Positions 51,192 through 64,000 of a stretch of DNA of 64,000 nt are shown here, one piece after another (the stretch's first letter is position 1; each line of letters begins with the position of its first letter). The notes beneath the pieces were generated by a model. That model was given only the letters and a program-made list of their open reading frames with translations, was not told where the DNA came from and did no database searches. Made by a program: the position numbers and the translations under genes. Source of the DNA: Anolis carolinensis (taxonomy: Eukaryota); NCBI RefSeq assembly GCF_035594765.1, contig NC_085841.1:191441574-191505573 (forward strand), given 5' to 3'.

Positions 51192-51329
51192 CTATAAATA
51201 TTTTCAGGAGAGAGAGAGAGAGAAGAATAAAGAGAGAATAGTTTATTACATAGTTTTTATATGTGTTGCAATGCCCTCCTTTGCTCGCATCCAATCATAA
51301 ATTCTTATATGAACTAGGAAGATACTTAC

Positions 51330-51629
51330 TGAATGAATTTCTAGCAATAATGGATTCTGATTCCAGTGGAACACCTGGCCCATACTTGTTGACAGCTCTT
51401 ACACGGAATATGTATTCGTTGTTCTTAATCAGTCTTGTTACCACACATGATAGTGTTTGACATTCAGCTTCAACAATAACCCAGTTCAGCCTACTGGTCT
51501 CACGCCTCTCTACAATGTAATGGGTAATTTCTGCCCCTCCATCTTCTTGAGGAGCATTCCAGGCCAAGGTACACTTCTCTTCTGTGACTCTGCTGATAGT
51601 GATTTTGCCAGCACAAGGACCAGGAGAAT
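51330..51629 (-). CDS. TTN: TTN exon (Fn3)
   Basis: SPGPCAGKI..ARNSF; GT-AG. Confidence 0.92.
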
Positions 51630-51744
51630 CTACAAATAAGGAGCAATCGGCAAATAGGGCAATGAACAAAATGCTTTTATCTTAAGAAAGACTTTGAAGA
51701 AAAGAAGTTGTATCACAGAAAATGAACAACCATAAAACATTTAC

Positions 51745-52035
51745 CAAGCACTTTGACGAGGACAGCAACTTGTTTTGTTCCACTAGCATTTTTAACCGTT
51801 AAGGTGTATTTTCCAGAATCGGTTCTGTCACAGAACTTGATGATTGCAACAGCATGCTTGCTTGTGAATTGTAAAGAGATCTTTTCACTTGGATCCAGCT
51901 CCTTGTCACCCTTGGACCAAAAGACCTTTGGTTCTGGTTTTCCACCAATGGATGCTTCAAGAACAAGATCAGATCCAGCTCTAACTGTTACAATATCTCC
52001 TTGCAGTTTGGCATCCAGTTCAGCTTTAGGTGGCG
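51745..52035 (-). CDS. TTN: TTN exon (Ig)
   Basis: PPKAELDAK..LVKVL; GT-AG. Confidence 0.92.
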
Positions 52036-52128
52036 CTATGGAAAGTAAACAAAATACATTTAAATTCTGATATTTTAAAACACTAGCATGATTTATATAA
52101 TATGGAAAACTATCAGAACGTCTCTTAC

Positions 52129-52434
52129 AATATTCATCTCTACAGGCAACAGCACCAGTGGATTCAGATCCTTTGCTAATGACACCAGCAGCATTCTTTG
52201 CCAACACACGGAATTCATATTCCTCTCCTTCACTGAGAGCTGTTACAGTAAAGAAATTTTCTGAGACAATGGTGTAGTTGCATTTCAGCCAACGTCCATC
52301 TCCAGACACGCTGAATGGCTTGCGTTCTACAATATAGCCAACAACTTTGCTTCCACCATCGTAAAGTGGAGCAGACCAGCTTAAAGACACTGAAGATCTT
52401 GTGACATCTGTTACCTCTGGTCTGCCTGGTGGAT
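52129..52434 (-). CDS. TTN: TTN exon (Fn3)
   Basis: PPGRPEVTDV..CRDEY; GT-AG. Confidence 0.92.
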
Positions 52435-52521
52435 CTAGAAAGGAATAACATATTGGCAATCGTTATTTTATTGTCACCTTTTTACTAAGAAAAAATCATT
52501 TTCTATGTTGGTCATACTTAC

Positions 52522-52824
52522 CAACTGGGTTTTGGGCCAGTACTGGCCTGGAAGCTTCACTAGGTTTGCTGATGCCAGCAGCATTTAATGCGTATGTTCT
52601 GAACTGATACTCCAGACCTTCCACAAGCCCTGTTACTTTGTAGTTGCACTCAAAACATGGAGTTTTATTTTCCTTCACCCAAAGGATTGTGTTGCGTTCT
52701 TTCCTTTCAATCCAGTATCCAACAATTTTGCTACCACCATCATGATATGGTTCCTCCCATCGAATGGACATAGCGTTAGCAGAAACAAAATAGACCTCAG
52801 GTCTGGTGGGTGGGCTTGGTGGGA
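52522..52824 (-). CDS. TTN: TTN exon (Fn3)
   Basis: PPSPPTRPEV..AQNPV; GT-AG. Confidence 0.92.
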
Positions 52825-52920
52825 CTAATTAAGAAAAAATAAGTAAAGCGTTAGATACTTTAAAACAAAACAAAACTGGAAAACAATTTTGCATATTCTG
52901 TAAAAAAAGAAGATCCTTAC

Positions 52921-54987
52921 CAAATGGATGCTCAGCTACTATTGGTACTGATTCCACTGGCTTGCTGACACCAAATCTGTTTTCTGAGCTGACACGGAAA
53001 CTGTATTCCATATATTTAGTGAGATGCATGACTTTGATCTGTGTACGTTTGACACTGGAATTTACCAGTTGCCATGCTGTTGTGCCAGATTCACGTTTTT
53101 CAACAATGTAGTTGGTGATGTCACTGCCACCATCATCTTCAGGTTCTTTCCATGACAATACACATGATTCTGCTGTTATAGATGATACTTCAATGGGTCG
53201 TGTAACTGGACCTGGTCTTCCGATAACAATGACAGTCACAGTGAATGTTTTCACGCCAGCTGTGTTCTCAAGTGTTAAATAATATTTACCAGAGTCACCT
53301 CTCATGCTGTCCTTTGCAGTTAAAGTAGTTCTATCCTTTGTTGTCTTAATAGTCACCCTGTCTGTTTCTTTGAGTCTCATTTCTTCAAGTTTCCATGTTA
53401 CCTTTGGAATAGGGCGCCCACTAATTGGTATATCAATAGTGAAGGTGCTTCCAGCTTTGCAGGTTACAGTTTGGTTAGTTATTCCACTGAGATCTGCAGT
53501 TGGCTCGATTTGTGGTTCTTTAATAATGACAGAAGCAAAGGCATCTCTTGGCTGACTATAACCAGCATTATTCTTTGCTTTAACCCGGAATTCATATTCA
53601 GTGTTCTCTGTGAGACCTTCAACTGTAAAAGTCAACTGTTTTGTTTGACCAGCTTCGACCCAGACATCAGATCCCTTTTGTTTCATCTCCAGGAGGTATC
53701 CAGTAATACGACTACCACCGTCATGATCTGGTTTAAGCCAAGCGAGTTCCACAGATGACCTAGTGGTATCTACAATATCTAATCTCTTAGGTGGAGCAGG
53801 CTCTTCAGTGGCTACAACTGGCTCTGTTAATTCACAGGGTTCACCTACGCCATATTCATTTTCTGCTGATACACGGTAAAAGTAGGGCAAGCCTTCTGCA
53901 AGATCAGAGACCTTAGCAATCTGTCGGGTACATTTTTCATTGACAATTTGCCAACTGCGGCGACTTGCTTCTCGTTTCTCCACAATATAATGGTGAATAC
54001 GGGCACCTCCATCCAAGATTGGAGCATCCCACATTAAAGTGATAGAGTCTCTAGTCACATCCTTAAATGTAATAGGTCCTGGTGGCCCAGGAGTATCTAG
54101 CACTTTAACAGTGAAAGCAATAGCCTTCTTACCACTGTTGTTTTCTACAGTAAAAACATACTTGCCAGCATCTGTTCTATTGCAGTTCTCCACAGTTAAT
54201 GTACTGAATGAATCTGTTGTATGAATGTCAGCCCGCAAGGTCAGATTGGAATCTGCTTTGGACCATATAGCAGTAGGAACAGGTCTGCCCTTATAGGCAA
54301 TAAATAAACGGATAGTTGCACCTGCTCTGACAATATGAGTCTGCTTGAAGTTAGCATCAATATCAAGTTCAGGTGAAGAGAGTCTGTCTATGGTTTGCAC
54401 GGAAGCAGAAACTACACAGCTTTCTCCTTTGCCCGCACCGTTTACGGCACTGACTCTGAATTTGTAGTGCTCATTGGGTTCTAGGTCAGTCACAGTATAC
54501 TTGGTAGCAAGGCAAGTCTCAGCATTGACCTTATGCCATTCTTCCAAGTCGGCTTTGCACATTTCAATGATGTAGCCCATTATTTCTAACCCTCCATCAA
54601 AAACTGGCCTGGTCCATTCTAAGCTGACACTTGTCTTTGAAGTATCTGTCACTTTGACAACTGTAGGAGCACTTGGTGGATGAACTGGCTCCCTGCATTT
54701 AATCAGTCTTGAGACACCACTGGGTGGTCCCACTCCAGCCTTATTTTCTGCCAAAACCTGGAACTCGTATTCATTGCCTTCAGTTAGGCCAGTGACTCTG
54801 AATCTTGTTTCCGTAATAGGCCTCTTGCTGGATACTTTGACCCAAAGAATGCTCTTCTTTTCTCTTCTCTCCAAGATGTATTGATCAATATCACTTCCAC
54901 CATCTGATTTAGGCCTTTCCCATGTAAGGGTAATACTGTTTCCTGTTACATTGCTGGGTTCTGGGGTGCCAGGAGCATCTGGAACAG
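52921..54987 (-). CDS. TTN: TTN exon (Fn3-Fn3-Ig-Fn3-Fn3-Ig-Fn3)
   Basis: VPDAPGTPEP..AEHPF; 2067 nt; GT-AG. Confidence 0.95.
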
Positions 54988-55083
54988 CTATGAAATAATA
55001 GTAATAACACACATCAGAGAACATTCTCAATCAGGCTGGCAAATGTATATTGAAGCAACTGTTTCAATTTAAAGTAAACTTAC

Positions 55084-55383
55084 TATAATGTGGTTGTGCT
55101 ACAAATGGATCAGATTCCAGGGGCCTGCCAACACCAAACTTGTTGGCTGCAGAAACACGGAACTGGTATTCATTGCCTTTGATTAATTTGACAGCAGTGT
55201 AACTGCAGGCTTCACAGTGGTCTTCAATGAGTGCCCAGGACACCCTGCTGGTTTCACGCTTTTCAATCACGTAATGAGTAATGGTGGCACAACCATCGTT
55301 AGCTGGAGGTTCCCACCACAACGTGGCCTTCTCTTCGGTAATATTGGTAAACCGTATTGGTCCACCAACTTTTCCTGGAGTAT
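55084..55383 (-). CDS. TTN: TTN exon (Fn3)
   Basis: TPGKVGGPI..AQPHY; GT-AG. Confidence 0.92.
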
Positions 55384-55607
55384 CTGTAACATTAAATTGT
55401 GGATTATATGTATTGTTCCAATATAATATAGAATGAATATATCATGGTACAGTAGTTGCGAGGAAGATAAAAATAGATTTAACTCCCCCCACATTGACAT
55501 TTTCTGATAGAATATAGTTTTAAAAATCATAGACAAAACACCAAAATACTTGCTGACTCCCTCTTTATAAATAGCAATCTAACCATAAAACGTTAGCTAA
55601 ATTTATA

Positions 55608-55964
55608 CAGGCAGTCCCGAGTTACAAAAATCTGAGTTACAAATGACTCATAGTTAAGAATGGGGATGAGAAAACAGGAAGTGAAAGAAATCTACCCCTT
55701 GGAAGGGAAATTCACTTCTGTAAGAGTTATAATGAGGAAAAGTTGTCTACACTGAAGTTTTATCACTAATCCTGGTTTTCGTAGCAAGCCAAATTTTTTA
55801 AAATTATCACAGGGACAGAAAGCGAAGTGAAATCTTCTGAACAGTGGCACAGAAGAGCAAAACAAACTCCAGAGGGGTGGTAACCTTTCCCTATGCTTAC
55901 ATACAAATTCAGCTTAAGAACAAGCCTACAGAACCTATCTTGTTCATAACTTGGGGAGTGCCTA
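55608..55964. mobile_element. Tigger/mariner-type MITE
   Basis: TA|caggcagtcccgagttac..ataacttggggagtgccta|TA. Confidence 0.75.
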
Positions 55965-56509
55965 TAGTTGGAACCTCATTCAAATGAATTCATGGCTTTG
56001 TTACATACACTGAATTACGTACAATCAAACAAAAAAAATTGTTTTCAAATATGTAAATAAAATTATAGCGGGAGCACAAAAGATAAGATCTACTAGAAGT
56101 CGTCTTAAGGATGGTGTTTATTTATTTACTATTGAGAGAAGAAATGAAAGATGTCTATAATCTTTTTTTAAGCAAGGAGAATGATGTGATGACCAAGTGA
56201 TCTAAGCTCTGCCTTTGAGAGCCTGGTTCAAGACGCAATACTATTTGTATTTATATGGCTCACAACTACCTTCTCTGTCTTCTGTCTCATTGGGGACTGT
56301 CCCAAGTATAATAACTATACAAAGAATCTAGATGCCTTGAAATGTGTCAGTAAATGCTAAATAAAAGTGATTGTTTAAAGGGTAGCTTTCAAGTTGTAAC
56401 AACTAGAACAGACCCAAATGAATCACCCAGTCTTACATAACTGCTGATTCGATATGTCTCCTCTAGCTGGGACAAACATTTAGATTTAGTTGTAAGAATC
56501 AACGTGATG

Positions 56510-56717
56510 AAGTGGTTTGAGCATTGGACTATAACTCTAGAGATCAGGCTCCTTTGACCATGGAAACCCACTGGGTGACTGTGTGCAAATCATATTCAGC
56601 TTCAGAGGAAGGCAATGGCATCTCTCCTGAACAATTTTTTTCAAGAAAACCCTGTGACAGGTTCTCCTTAGGGTCACCAAAAGTCAGAAATGACTTGAAG
56701 GCACATAACAACAATAA
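56510..56717 (+). mobile_element. Degenerate squamate tRNA-derived SINE with RTE-like tail
   Basis: gtggtttgagcattggact head; gacttgaaggcaca followed by a (caa)n-like tail. Confidence 0.6.
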
Positions 56718-57093
56718 CGAACAAACTTTTCCACTTACACGACTGATTTCTTATCACTCCCAATGTACTGATCCAGCATCCATATCCAGAGGGATATCCA
56801 GCATCCATATCCACAGACAATAATTAGACTATTTTATTACTTTATACAAAATATTTTCCAAATGTTGTAAACAGCTCTACTGACTTGTAAATTAGCTTGT
56901 TTAATTATCAAATCTGTACCACTGATTGAAAAAATGTGTGAAAAAGTATTGGTAGAAATTATTTAAATTATAATTAATAAGTAAATACAGTAATTAAGTA
57001 AATAACTTAAATGCCAGGTGATTTAAATGGTCTTGATTTAAATCAGACCACTCTTAATTTGATGTAAGTTTTTAAAAAATAATGCAACGTTAC

Positions 57094-57381
57094 CTTGTAC
57101 TCTTATGGTTAGATCTTCATGTTTGGTTCCTGATGAATTCTTGGCTTCTACTCTATATGTTCCACGGTGGTCCCGAGAAGCATCTCTTACAAAGATGGTG
57201 CTAAAGCCAAGGGCAGTGGTTATTTCTACATTCAATCTCTTATCAATTTCTTGTCCATCTTTAAACCATGTCACCTGAGGAACTGGTCGGCCTGTGATGA
57301 GAGCTTTAAGTCTTATGCTTTCTCCAGCTTTAACTGTAAGACCTTCAAAATGCTCAGCACCAAATTCAATATTTGGTGGAA
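57094..57381 (-). CDS. TTN: TTN exon (Ig)
   Basis: PPNIEFGAEHF..TIRVQ; GT-AG. Confidence 0.92.
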
Positions 57382-57656
57382 CTGGAGAATAAAAAAGAAA
57401 TGTGATGTTCAGAAATAATTCTCATTAGAGCTCACTAACATAGCTTTCCAACAAATAATACAAAGAAGCATGTTCGTTATTTCAGAATTCCTTTCAGTAT
57501 TCAATGCAAAAGTAGAAGTATTTATGTTTGGGGCCATCCTTTTGCATAATGCCAGCTTCTTAATGAATGAATAAACAAATGAATGAATTTTTATGATGGT
57601 TTAAAATATTAAGAAGGAATAGTAAATTGTTGGGCAAATAGTAATCTAGTCACTAA

Positions 57657-57887
57657 CAGTGGCATCACTAAGGTCACCCCGTATGGGGAAAGGAGACAAC
57701 CCTAGACTTTGGAGAATCAACCCAGCTCACCACCTTAGGGTTGGCCTGCTGGGAAGAGGGAAAGATAGGGAGACTGCACCCACTGCCTGGTCTTACCACC
57801 TAGAGCAGAGAAAGGCATTGGGATGAGACAGTCATTTTTGTGTCTGGTGCAGTCCATACTCCCTGCAAACCCCTAGCAATGCCAGTG
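57657..57887. mobile_element. Small hAT MITE
   Basis: cagtggcatcactaagg/cctagcaatgccagtg TIRs; 8-bp TSD gtcactaa/gtcactag. Confidence 0.7.
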
Positions 57888-57984
57888 GTCACTAGAAATC
57901 CATAGTCATCCACTTAAACTATAAATAATATATAGTGTGCCCCAGAAACTGACAGAACGTGCACTAGTAGTAAAGGACACTTAC

Positions 57985-58281
57985 CAGCTTCATCTCTGGT
58001 CATGATATAGCCTGACGACTGAGAAGGAGGGCTAATAGTTCCAACAGCATTTCTTGCCAGTATTCTGAATTCATATCGATCACCAGGGCTAAGTCCAGTA
58101 ACTGTATATTGGCACTCGCTGACATCAATAAAATTGCATCGGACCCAGCGATCGCCACTTCCTTGCCGTTTCTCAATACTGTAGCCTACAATCTTGCTAC
58201 CTCCATCACGAAGAGGTGCAGTCCACTTCAGAGTGATAGTTTCCCTAGTCACATCAATGTAATCAGGTGTACCAGGTGGAT
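57985..58281 (-). CDS. TTN: TTN exon (Fn3)
   Basis: PPGTPDYIDV..TRDEA; GT-AG. Confidence 0.92.
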
Positions 58282-58386
58282 CTAAAGGGAAGGCAGAGGG
58301 ATGCATAGTAATGCATATCAACATAAGTGCATACAGTAATGCGAAGACAAGTTAAGTGTTCAACATCTGAGTGCGAAGTCACTTAC

Positions 58387-60153
58387 CAACTGGAGAGACA
58401 GCCAAGGTAAATTTGCTTGGATCACTGGCAGAGCTCAATCCTGCAGAGTTTTCTGCAAATACACGGAACTGATAGTCCAAGCCTTCCATTAATCCAGTTA
58501 TTCTGTATTCTCTATTAGATATGTGTGAAACATTTACTTTCTGCCACAGGATGCTGTTTCTTTCTTTCTTTTCTACATGGTATCCAATAATTTCTGCACC
58601 TCCATCATAAACTGGAGCATCCCAAGATATGGTCATTCCATCAGCTGTTATATTGTATACCACAGGCTTTCCTGGTGAACCTGGTGGTTTAAACTGGTGT
58701 CTTGCAATGACCTCTATGGAATTCAGTGGTGGACTAACGCCGTATCTGTTTTCTGCACGGATTCTGAATTGATACTCTGTATCTTTGACTAGGTTGGGAA
58801 CTTTGAAAGTGGTCTTTTCTGCACTGGAACATACCATTTTCCAATTGGTTTGTGAAGTTTCCCGCTTCTCAACACTGTAACCAGTAATTTCTGCTCCTCC
58901 ATCATCATCAGGAACCCCCCATGAAAGAACCATGCTGTCTGCTTTGATTTCATCTAGTTTGATAGGTCCCTTTGGCTTTGATGGGGCCCCCAGTGTTATA
59001 ACTGTAATTGGGAATGACTTTCTGTGAACACCATTGTCAAGAATTAAGGTATATTTGCCACCATTTTCTTTTTTCACATTCTTAATGCTTAAAGTTATTT
59101 TGTTTTCTGTTTTCTTGAAGCGAATGTGTTCACTTTCTTTAAGAGGCATGTTGTCTTTCAGCCAGCTCATAGTTGGTTTTGGCTTTCCCTTATAGGGCAA
59201 TTCAACATGTACGTTATAGCCTATTCTCACAGTTACCTGTCCCCCAGGTATATCAGAAAGGTCTGCATCAGGTGTTATGACATAGTCTTTCACTGTGATT
59301 GGCCCAGATGTTACACCATCACTTTTTCCTTTTTCATTCTTAGCAAACACTCTGAATTCCTGAACAGAAAGCTCCTTCAGCTTATCAGCTACAAATTCAC
59401 ATCCTTTACATGTCCCAGCAAAGGACCATTCTGTTTCATCCTTCAGTCTCTTTTCAATTACATAGTCTGATATGAGGCTACCTCCATCAAATTCAGGTTT
59501 GTTCCATTGCAAAGTGACAGAAGTCTTTGTTGAATCTTTCATGGTCAGATCCCGAACAGGTCCAGGAACTTCCGCCGCTTTTACTGGTTCTGAGGTTTCA
59601 CAGGGTTCACCCAATCCATTTTCATTTTCTGCAAAAACACGGAAGAAGTATGGAGTTTTCTCTGACAGATCGGTTATCTTAAATGTTGTATTGGAGCACT
59701 TTGATGTAACAGATGACCAAGCTCTCTTTGTAGCATCTCTTTTTTCAACCACATAATTGGTTACTTCAGAGCCACCATTGATGAGCGGGGGTTCCCATAC
59801 TAATGTTACAGTTCCTCGAGAAACATTTTTCAGAGTTAGTCTCTGGCATGCAGATGGAGTGTCAAGTACTTTAACATTGACAAATGAAGTTTTTGGTTTT
59901 CCAACTCCATTCTCAATTGTGAGGATATATTTTCCTGTATCATTGCGAGTGACTTGAGGAATACTAAGTAGTGTGGATGATTCCGTGTTGTGAATGTTGT
60001 ATCTTTCATCAGTACCAAGGTTCTTTTCACCCTTTCTCCATGTGACAGTGGGAGGAGGTCTTCCTTTAAATGGAATCATTATTTGTACATCTTCACCTGC
60101 TTTAGCTACAATTGAAGTTCTCAGAGCCACATCCAAATCAATCTCTGGCTCCT
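58387..60153 (-). CDS. TTN: TTN exon (Ig-Fn3-Fn3-Ig-Fn3-Fn3)
   Basis: EPEIDLDVALR..AVSPV; 1767 nt; GT-AG. Confidence 0.95.
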
Positions 60154-60255
60154 CTGCAAAATAAACATTGAAATAACCATGAGAAATTATTAATATGGTA
60201 TTTGTGGAAAGCTACTAATACAAAACACTGAAAACTGAGAGAATCATTTACATAC

Positions 60256-60561
60256 CAAGTATATCCTTAGCTTGTACAGGTTCTGTCATTTCAATAGGTT
60301 CACCTTGTCCAGCATAATTTATAGCAGCTACACGGAAGTAGTAGTTGATTCCTGGTTGAAGATGAGAAACAACATACTCTGTGGTTCTCACTTCTCCTCT
60401 TGCACTGACCACAGCCCATTCTTCTTCATCCCCTTCTCTCTTTTCAATAGCATAGCTGGTAATTGCACTTCCTCCATCATAGGCAGGTTTAGTCCAGCTA
60501 AGCGTGATAGATGTCTTTGTAGTATCCACAACCTTTAGCTTAACAGGTGGTCCAGGTTTAT
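60256..60561 (-). CDS. TTN: TTN exon (Fn3)
   Basis: KPGPPVKLKV..AKDIL; GT-AG. Confidence 0.92.
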
Positions 60562-60597
60562 CTGTGAAATTCAAATAATAAAAATAAGACTCCACAG

Positions 60598-60902
60598 CAG
60601 GGGTCCCCAAACTTTTTAAACAGAGGGCCAGTTCACGGTCCCTCAGACCGTTGGAGGGCTGGACTATCGTTTTTTAAAAAAAACTATGAACAAATTCCCA
60701 TGCACACTGCACATATCTTATTTTAAAGTAAAAAAACAAAATGGGAACAAATACAGTCTCAATGTTAATAACAATCATAATAAAAATAATAAAGAAAGTT
60801 GGAAGAGACCCCTTGGGCCATTTAGTCCAACCCCCTTCTACCTTTGTGCACCAAAAGCACAAGCAAAGCACCCCTGACAGATGGCCACCTAGCCTCAATG
60901 TT

Positions 60903-60956
<54 letters not shown>

Positions 60957-61212
60957 TTCCCAAGTGTTTATCACCAAAAATACATCACACAGTTCTAGAC
61001 ACTTGGGAAGTGTTCGACTTGTGATTTTGTGATACGAAATTCAGCATATCTATCTTGTTTGCTGTGTCAGACTATGTTGTTGTGTCAATAATAATAATAA
61101 TAATAATAAATCACACAGTCCTAAATGCTTGGGAAGTGTTCAACTTGTGATTTTGTGATAGGAAATCCAGCATATACATCTCATTTGCTATGTTATACTG
61201 TGTCCTTCTGTC

Positions 61213-61248
<36 letters not shown>

Positions 61249-61504
61249 GAGGGTTGGAAGAGACTCCTTGGGCCATTTAGTCCAACCACCTTCTGCCTTT
61301 GTGCACCAAAAGCACAAGCAAAGCACCCCTTAATAATTAATAATTAATTAAATAATAATTAAAATACCATTATAAACAAGCAAAGTTTTGTTAGGCATGT
61401 ATCAGGCGAGGGAAGAGGTGGGAAAGGCATGTGGAGGAGGGGGGCCGGATAAATGGCTTTGATGGGCCGCATGTGGCCCCCGGGCCTTAGTTTGGGGACC
61501 CCTG
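60598..61504 (-). mobile_element. hAT (Charlie/OC1-like) MITE carrying CR1 and R4 tail fragments and (TAA)n
   Basis: Same TIRs as 10008-10714; 8-bp TSD ctccacag. Confidence 0.92.
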
Positions 61505-61652
61505 CTCCACAGCAATGACTACTAATAGCAATCAGTAGAATATACCTTCCTTAAGCTAAATAATGCCTATTCATTGGTTTTTTTGTTTGTTATATTCATT
61601 TGGTTATATTCATTGGTTATATTTGTAGATATCTGCACACATGGTTTCTCAC

Positions 61653-61955
61653 CAATAGGATCTGCTGCTTTGAAGAACTCAGATGCATCAGAGAAGGGAC
61701 CTTGTCCAGCTGCATTCACAGCAGAAACTCTGAACTGGTATTCACTATTTTCTGTTAGTCCTGTCACTTTCTGTCTGGTATCCCGGATGGTTTCTTTAGT
61801 GACCTTGAACCAGCTTAGACTTTTCTTATCACGTTTCTCAAGATAATATCCATTTATTTCGCTTCCACCATCTACAGTAGGTCTGCTCCACATTACAGTC
61901 ATCGATTGTTTAGTTATCATTGAAACTTCTGGCATACCAGGTTGTCCAGGTGTCA
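61653..61955 (-). CDS. TTN: TTN exon (Fn3)
   Basis: TPGQPGMPEV..AADPI; GT-AG. Confidence 0.9.
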
Positions 61956-62062
61956 CTGTTTTTCGTAGTAAAATAAAAATCACATCGGGTCAGTGCAATC
62001 AAATAGAAATGTTATTTTATAGAAATGCTTAATAATGTATGAAAGAACAGTGATTAACTTAC

Positions 62063-62362
62063 CAAAAGCATTCTTGGCTATGACACTATCAGATTCCAGT
62101 GGATCACCAACACCAAATTTGTTCACAGCTCGTATACGGAAAATATATTCGTTTCCTTTGATGATTTTTGTGGTAGTAACAATGCATTCTTCTAGTTTTT
62201 CTGAAACTACAGACCAAACCACACGGCTTGTCTCACGTTTTTCAACAATATAATGTGTCACATTAGCACCTCCATCATCTGTTGGTGGTTCCCACATAAG
62301 GGTAATTTTTTCAGCAGTGACTGTTCTGAACTGTACAGGTCCACCTGGGGGCCCTGGTTTAT
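62063..62362 (-). CDS. TTN: TTN exon (Fn3)
   Basis: KPGPPGGPVQF..AKNAF; GT-AG. Confidence 0.92.
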
Positions 62363-62462
62363 CTGTTGATATGAGAGAAAGTTAGATTTTTTAAATAAAT
62401 ATAATGGATACAGTTAGGAGAGTTTAACAAATTTGCACACTGTTTTTCCCAAAGCAACATAC

Positions 62463-62750
62463 CAAGTATCTGAACTCTAATAGAGGCAGATGCAGAACCC
62501 ATGGCATTCTTTAGTTTCAGTTCATAGTTTCCACTGTTAAGACGAGTTGCATCTTTAATCAATATAGATGAAAACTCTGTGGTGTTTTCAAAGGATACTT
62601 GGGCACTGGTTTGTACTTCTTTACCATTTCTAAACCATTCAATTGTAGGTATGGGCTTTCCAGAAATGCCAAGTTTCAGCTTAACTGAAGTGCCAGCTTT
62701 GTATTTGACCACCTCTGTATATTCTGGTGGTACATCTATTTCAGGTGCAC
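62463..62750 (-). CDS. TTN: TTN exon (Ig)
   Basis: APEIDVPPEY..RVQIL; GT-AG. Confidence 0.92.
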
Positions 62751-62963
62751 CTTAATAAAACAAAGAAAAGGAAAACATGTAAATAAAAAGTAGTGAATTA
62801 AACGCAGTATAAATTAATATATTTGCATATCCTCTAACAGGGAAAGACATACAGGACTTGAATCAACACCAAACTGTCAGATTAGGCTATTGAATTAAAA
62901 AAAGAATTTCTGCAACAAAAATAAAACTGGATATTAACTGTTGTACAACCATACAATACTTAC

Positions 62964-63260
62964 CATATGTATCCACACAGGTTATAGGTCCTGAAACATC
63001 TGATGGGTTACTGATTGATCCTGCAGCATTCTTAGCAAAAACGCGGAATTCATATTGGGAGTTCTGAGTTAATCCAGATACGGTAAACTGAGTCTCAATG
63101 ACATTGGTGAAGCTTGCCTTCGTCCATCTTCCATTTGGAAGATCACGTTTCTCAACAATATAGCCAGTAATTTTGCTACCACCATCAAAAGCTGGCTGAA
63201 TCCAAGCAAGGCTGACAAATGTCTTGGAAATATCTGTGACACGAAGATTTCTTGGTGGCT
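62964..63260 (-). CDS. TTN: TTN exon (Fn3)
   Basis: PPRNLRVTDI..CVDTY; GT-AG. Confidence 0.92.
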
Positions 63261-63375
63261 CTGCAGCACAAAAAAAATACATTTGTAATTAGGAATTCAA
63301 CGCCACTTTACCAAAAGACATATTGTCCTTTAAATTCTCTATGTCACACATGGTGATTTCCTTCTGAATACATAC

Positions 63376-63678
63376 CACATGCATCAATAGCAAGAACTGC
63401 ATCAGATGGATGACTTGGTTTTCCGATCCCAGCTGCATTTTCTGCACACACCCTGAATTCATAAATAAGTCCAGCACTAATGTTGGAAACCTTGAAATGA
63501 GTTGTGCGAATAATCATTTTATTTGCTTTCTTCCATAAAATACTGTTTCTGTCCTTCATCTCCAGATGGTAGCCAATGACTGCACTGCCTCCATTGGAAA
63601 CAGGTTCATGCCATCCAACAGTGATGCTTTCTCGTGTTACATTGGTGATCCATGGTGTGGAAGGTGGTCCAGGGGTTG
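63376..63678 (-). CDS. TTN: TTN exon (Fn3)
   Basis: TPGPPSTPWI..AIDAC; GT-AG. Confidence 0.92.
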
Positions 63679-63779
63679 CTAAATGAATATTAATATGATG
63701 TATACATTAAATTAATACATTTTAATATGTGTATCTAAAAATTCTGAAAACAAGAACAAACAAACATGATGCTACTTAC

Positions 63780-64000
63780 TGTAAGCTAATTTAACGGTTA
63801 CACATGCTGAATCAATATGGTCGCTGATACCAAAGCGATTTTCTGCTTTGATACGGAATTGATATTCTTCTCCTGTTGTCAGCTTCATAATTTTAATCAA
63901 ATTTCTAGCAACAGTTGCAGACACTTCGGACCACACGGCAGTGCTCGTTTCTCTTTTCAGCACAATGTAGTTAGTCACTTGACTTCCACCATCATAACGT
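63780..64000 (-). CDS. TTN: TTN exon (Fn3), truncated by the window edge
   Basis: DGGSQVTNYIVLKRE..VKLAY; gtaagt donor. Confidence 0.9.

Larger units (their letters stand above)
31290..64000 (-). other. TTN: TTN gene, 3' portion (distal A-band, kinase, M-band, 3'UTR); the gene continues beyond the window
   Basis: 34 GT-AG exons encoding Ig/Fn3 super-repeats, titin kinase, KSP repeats, is7 and M10 ending in NINIRSI*. Confidence 0.99.

Noticed and set aside
34679-63269. Many short ORFs antisense or off-frame to TTN exons; a possible TTN-AS1 ortholog
   Set aside because: These are shadow ORFs of a long coding sequence, and no sequence evidence supports an antisense gene.

Overview
Eukaryotic genomic DNA from a squamate, most likely an Anolis-type lizard (Sauria SINE, Penelope, R4/Dong, RTE, hAT and Tc1 MITE content). 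Two genes converge. On the + strand are the last three coding exons of PLEKHA3/FAPP1 (769-812, 2675-2790, 13644-13777), with a 3'UTR probably reaching ~16.1 kb. On the - strand is the 3' part of titin (TTN): 34 exons from the distal A-band through the titin kinase and M-band to the stop at 32276, with polyA near 31.3 kb. The long PLEKHA3 intron and the ~15 kb intergenic gap are almost entirely transposon-derived. Main observations: (1) TTN appears to lack Ig domain M7, and the mammalian Mex1/Mex2/Mex3 exons are replaced by one in-frame 5933-nt exon. (2) A 4.3-kb composite Helitron in the PLEKHA3 intron carries apparently captured, splice-compatible exons encoding an Arg-containing transmembrane helix and a duplicated cytoplasmic tail. 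(3) The titin pseudokinase has extra motif changes. (4) Penelope elements carry minimal hammerhead-ribozyme motifs, one inside the probable PLEKHA3 3'UTR. (5) A decayed hAT transposase is bracketed by long inverted repeats. Comparisons to human sequences are from recall, not from alignments run here.
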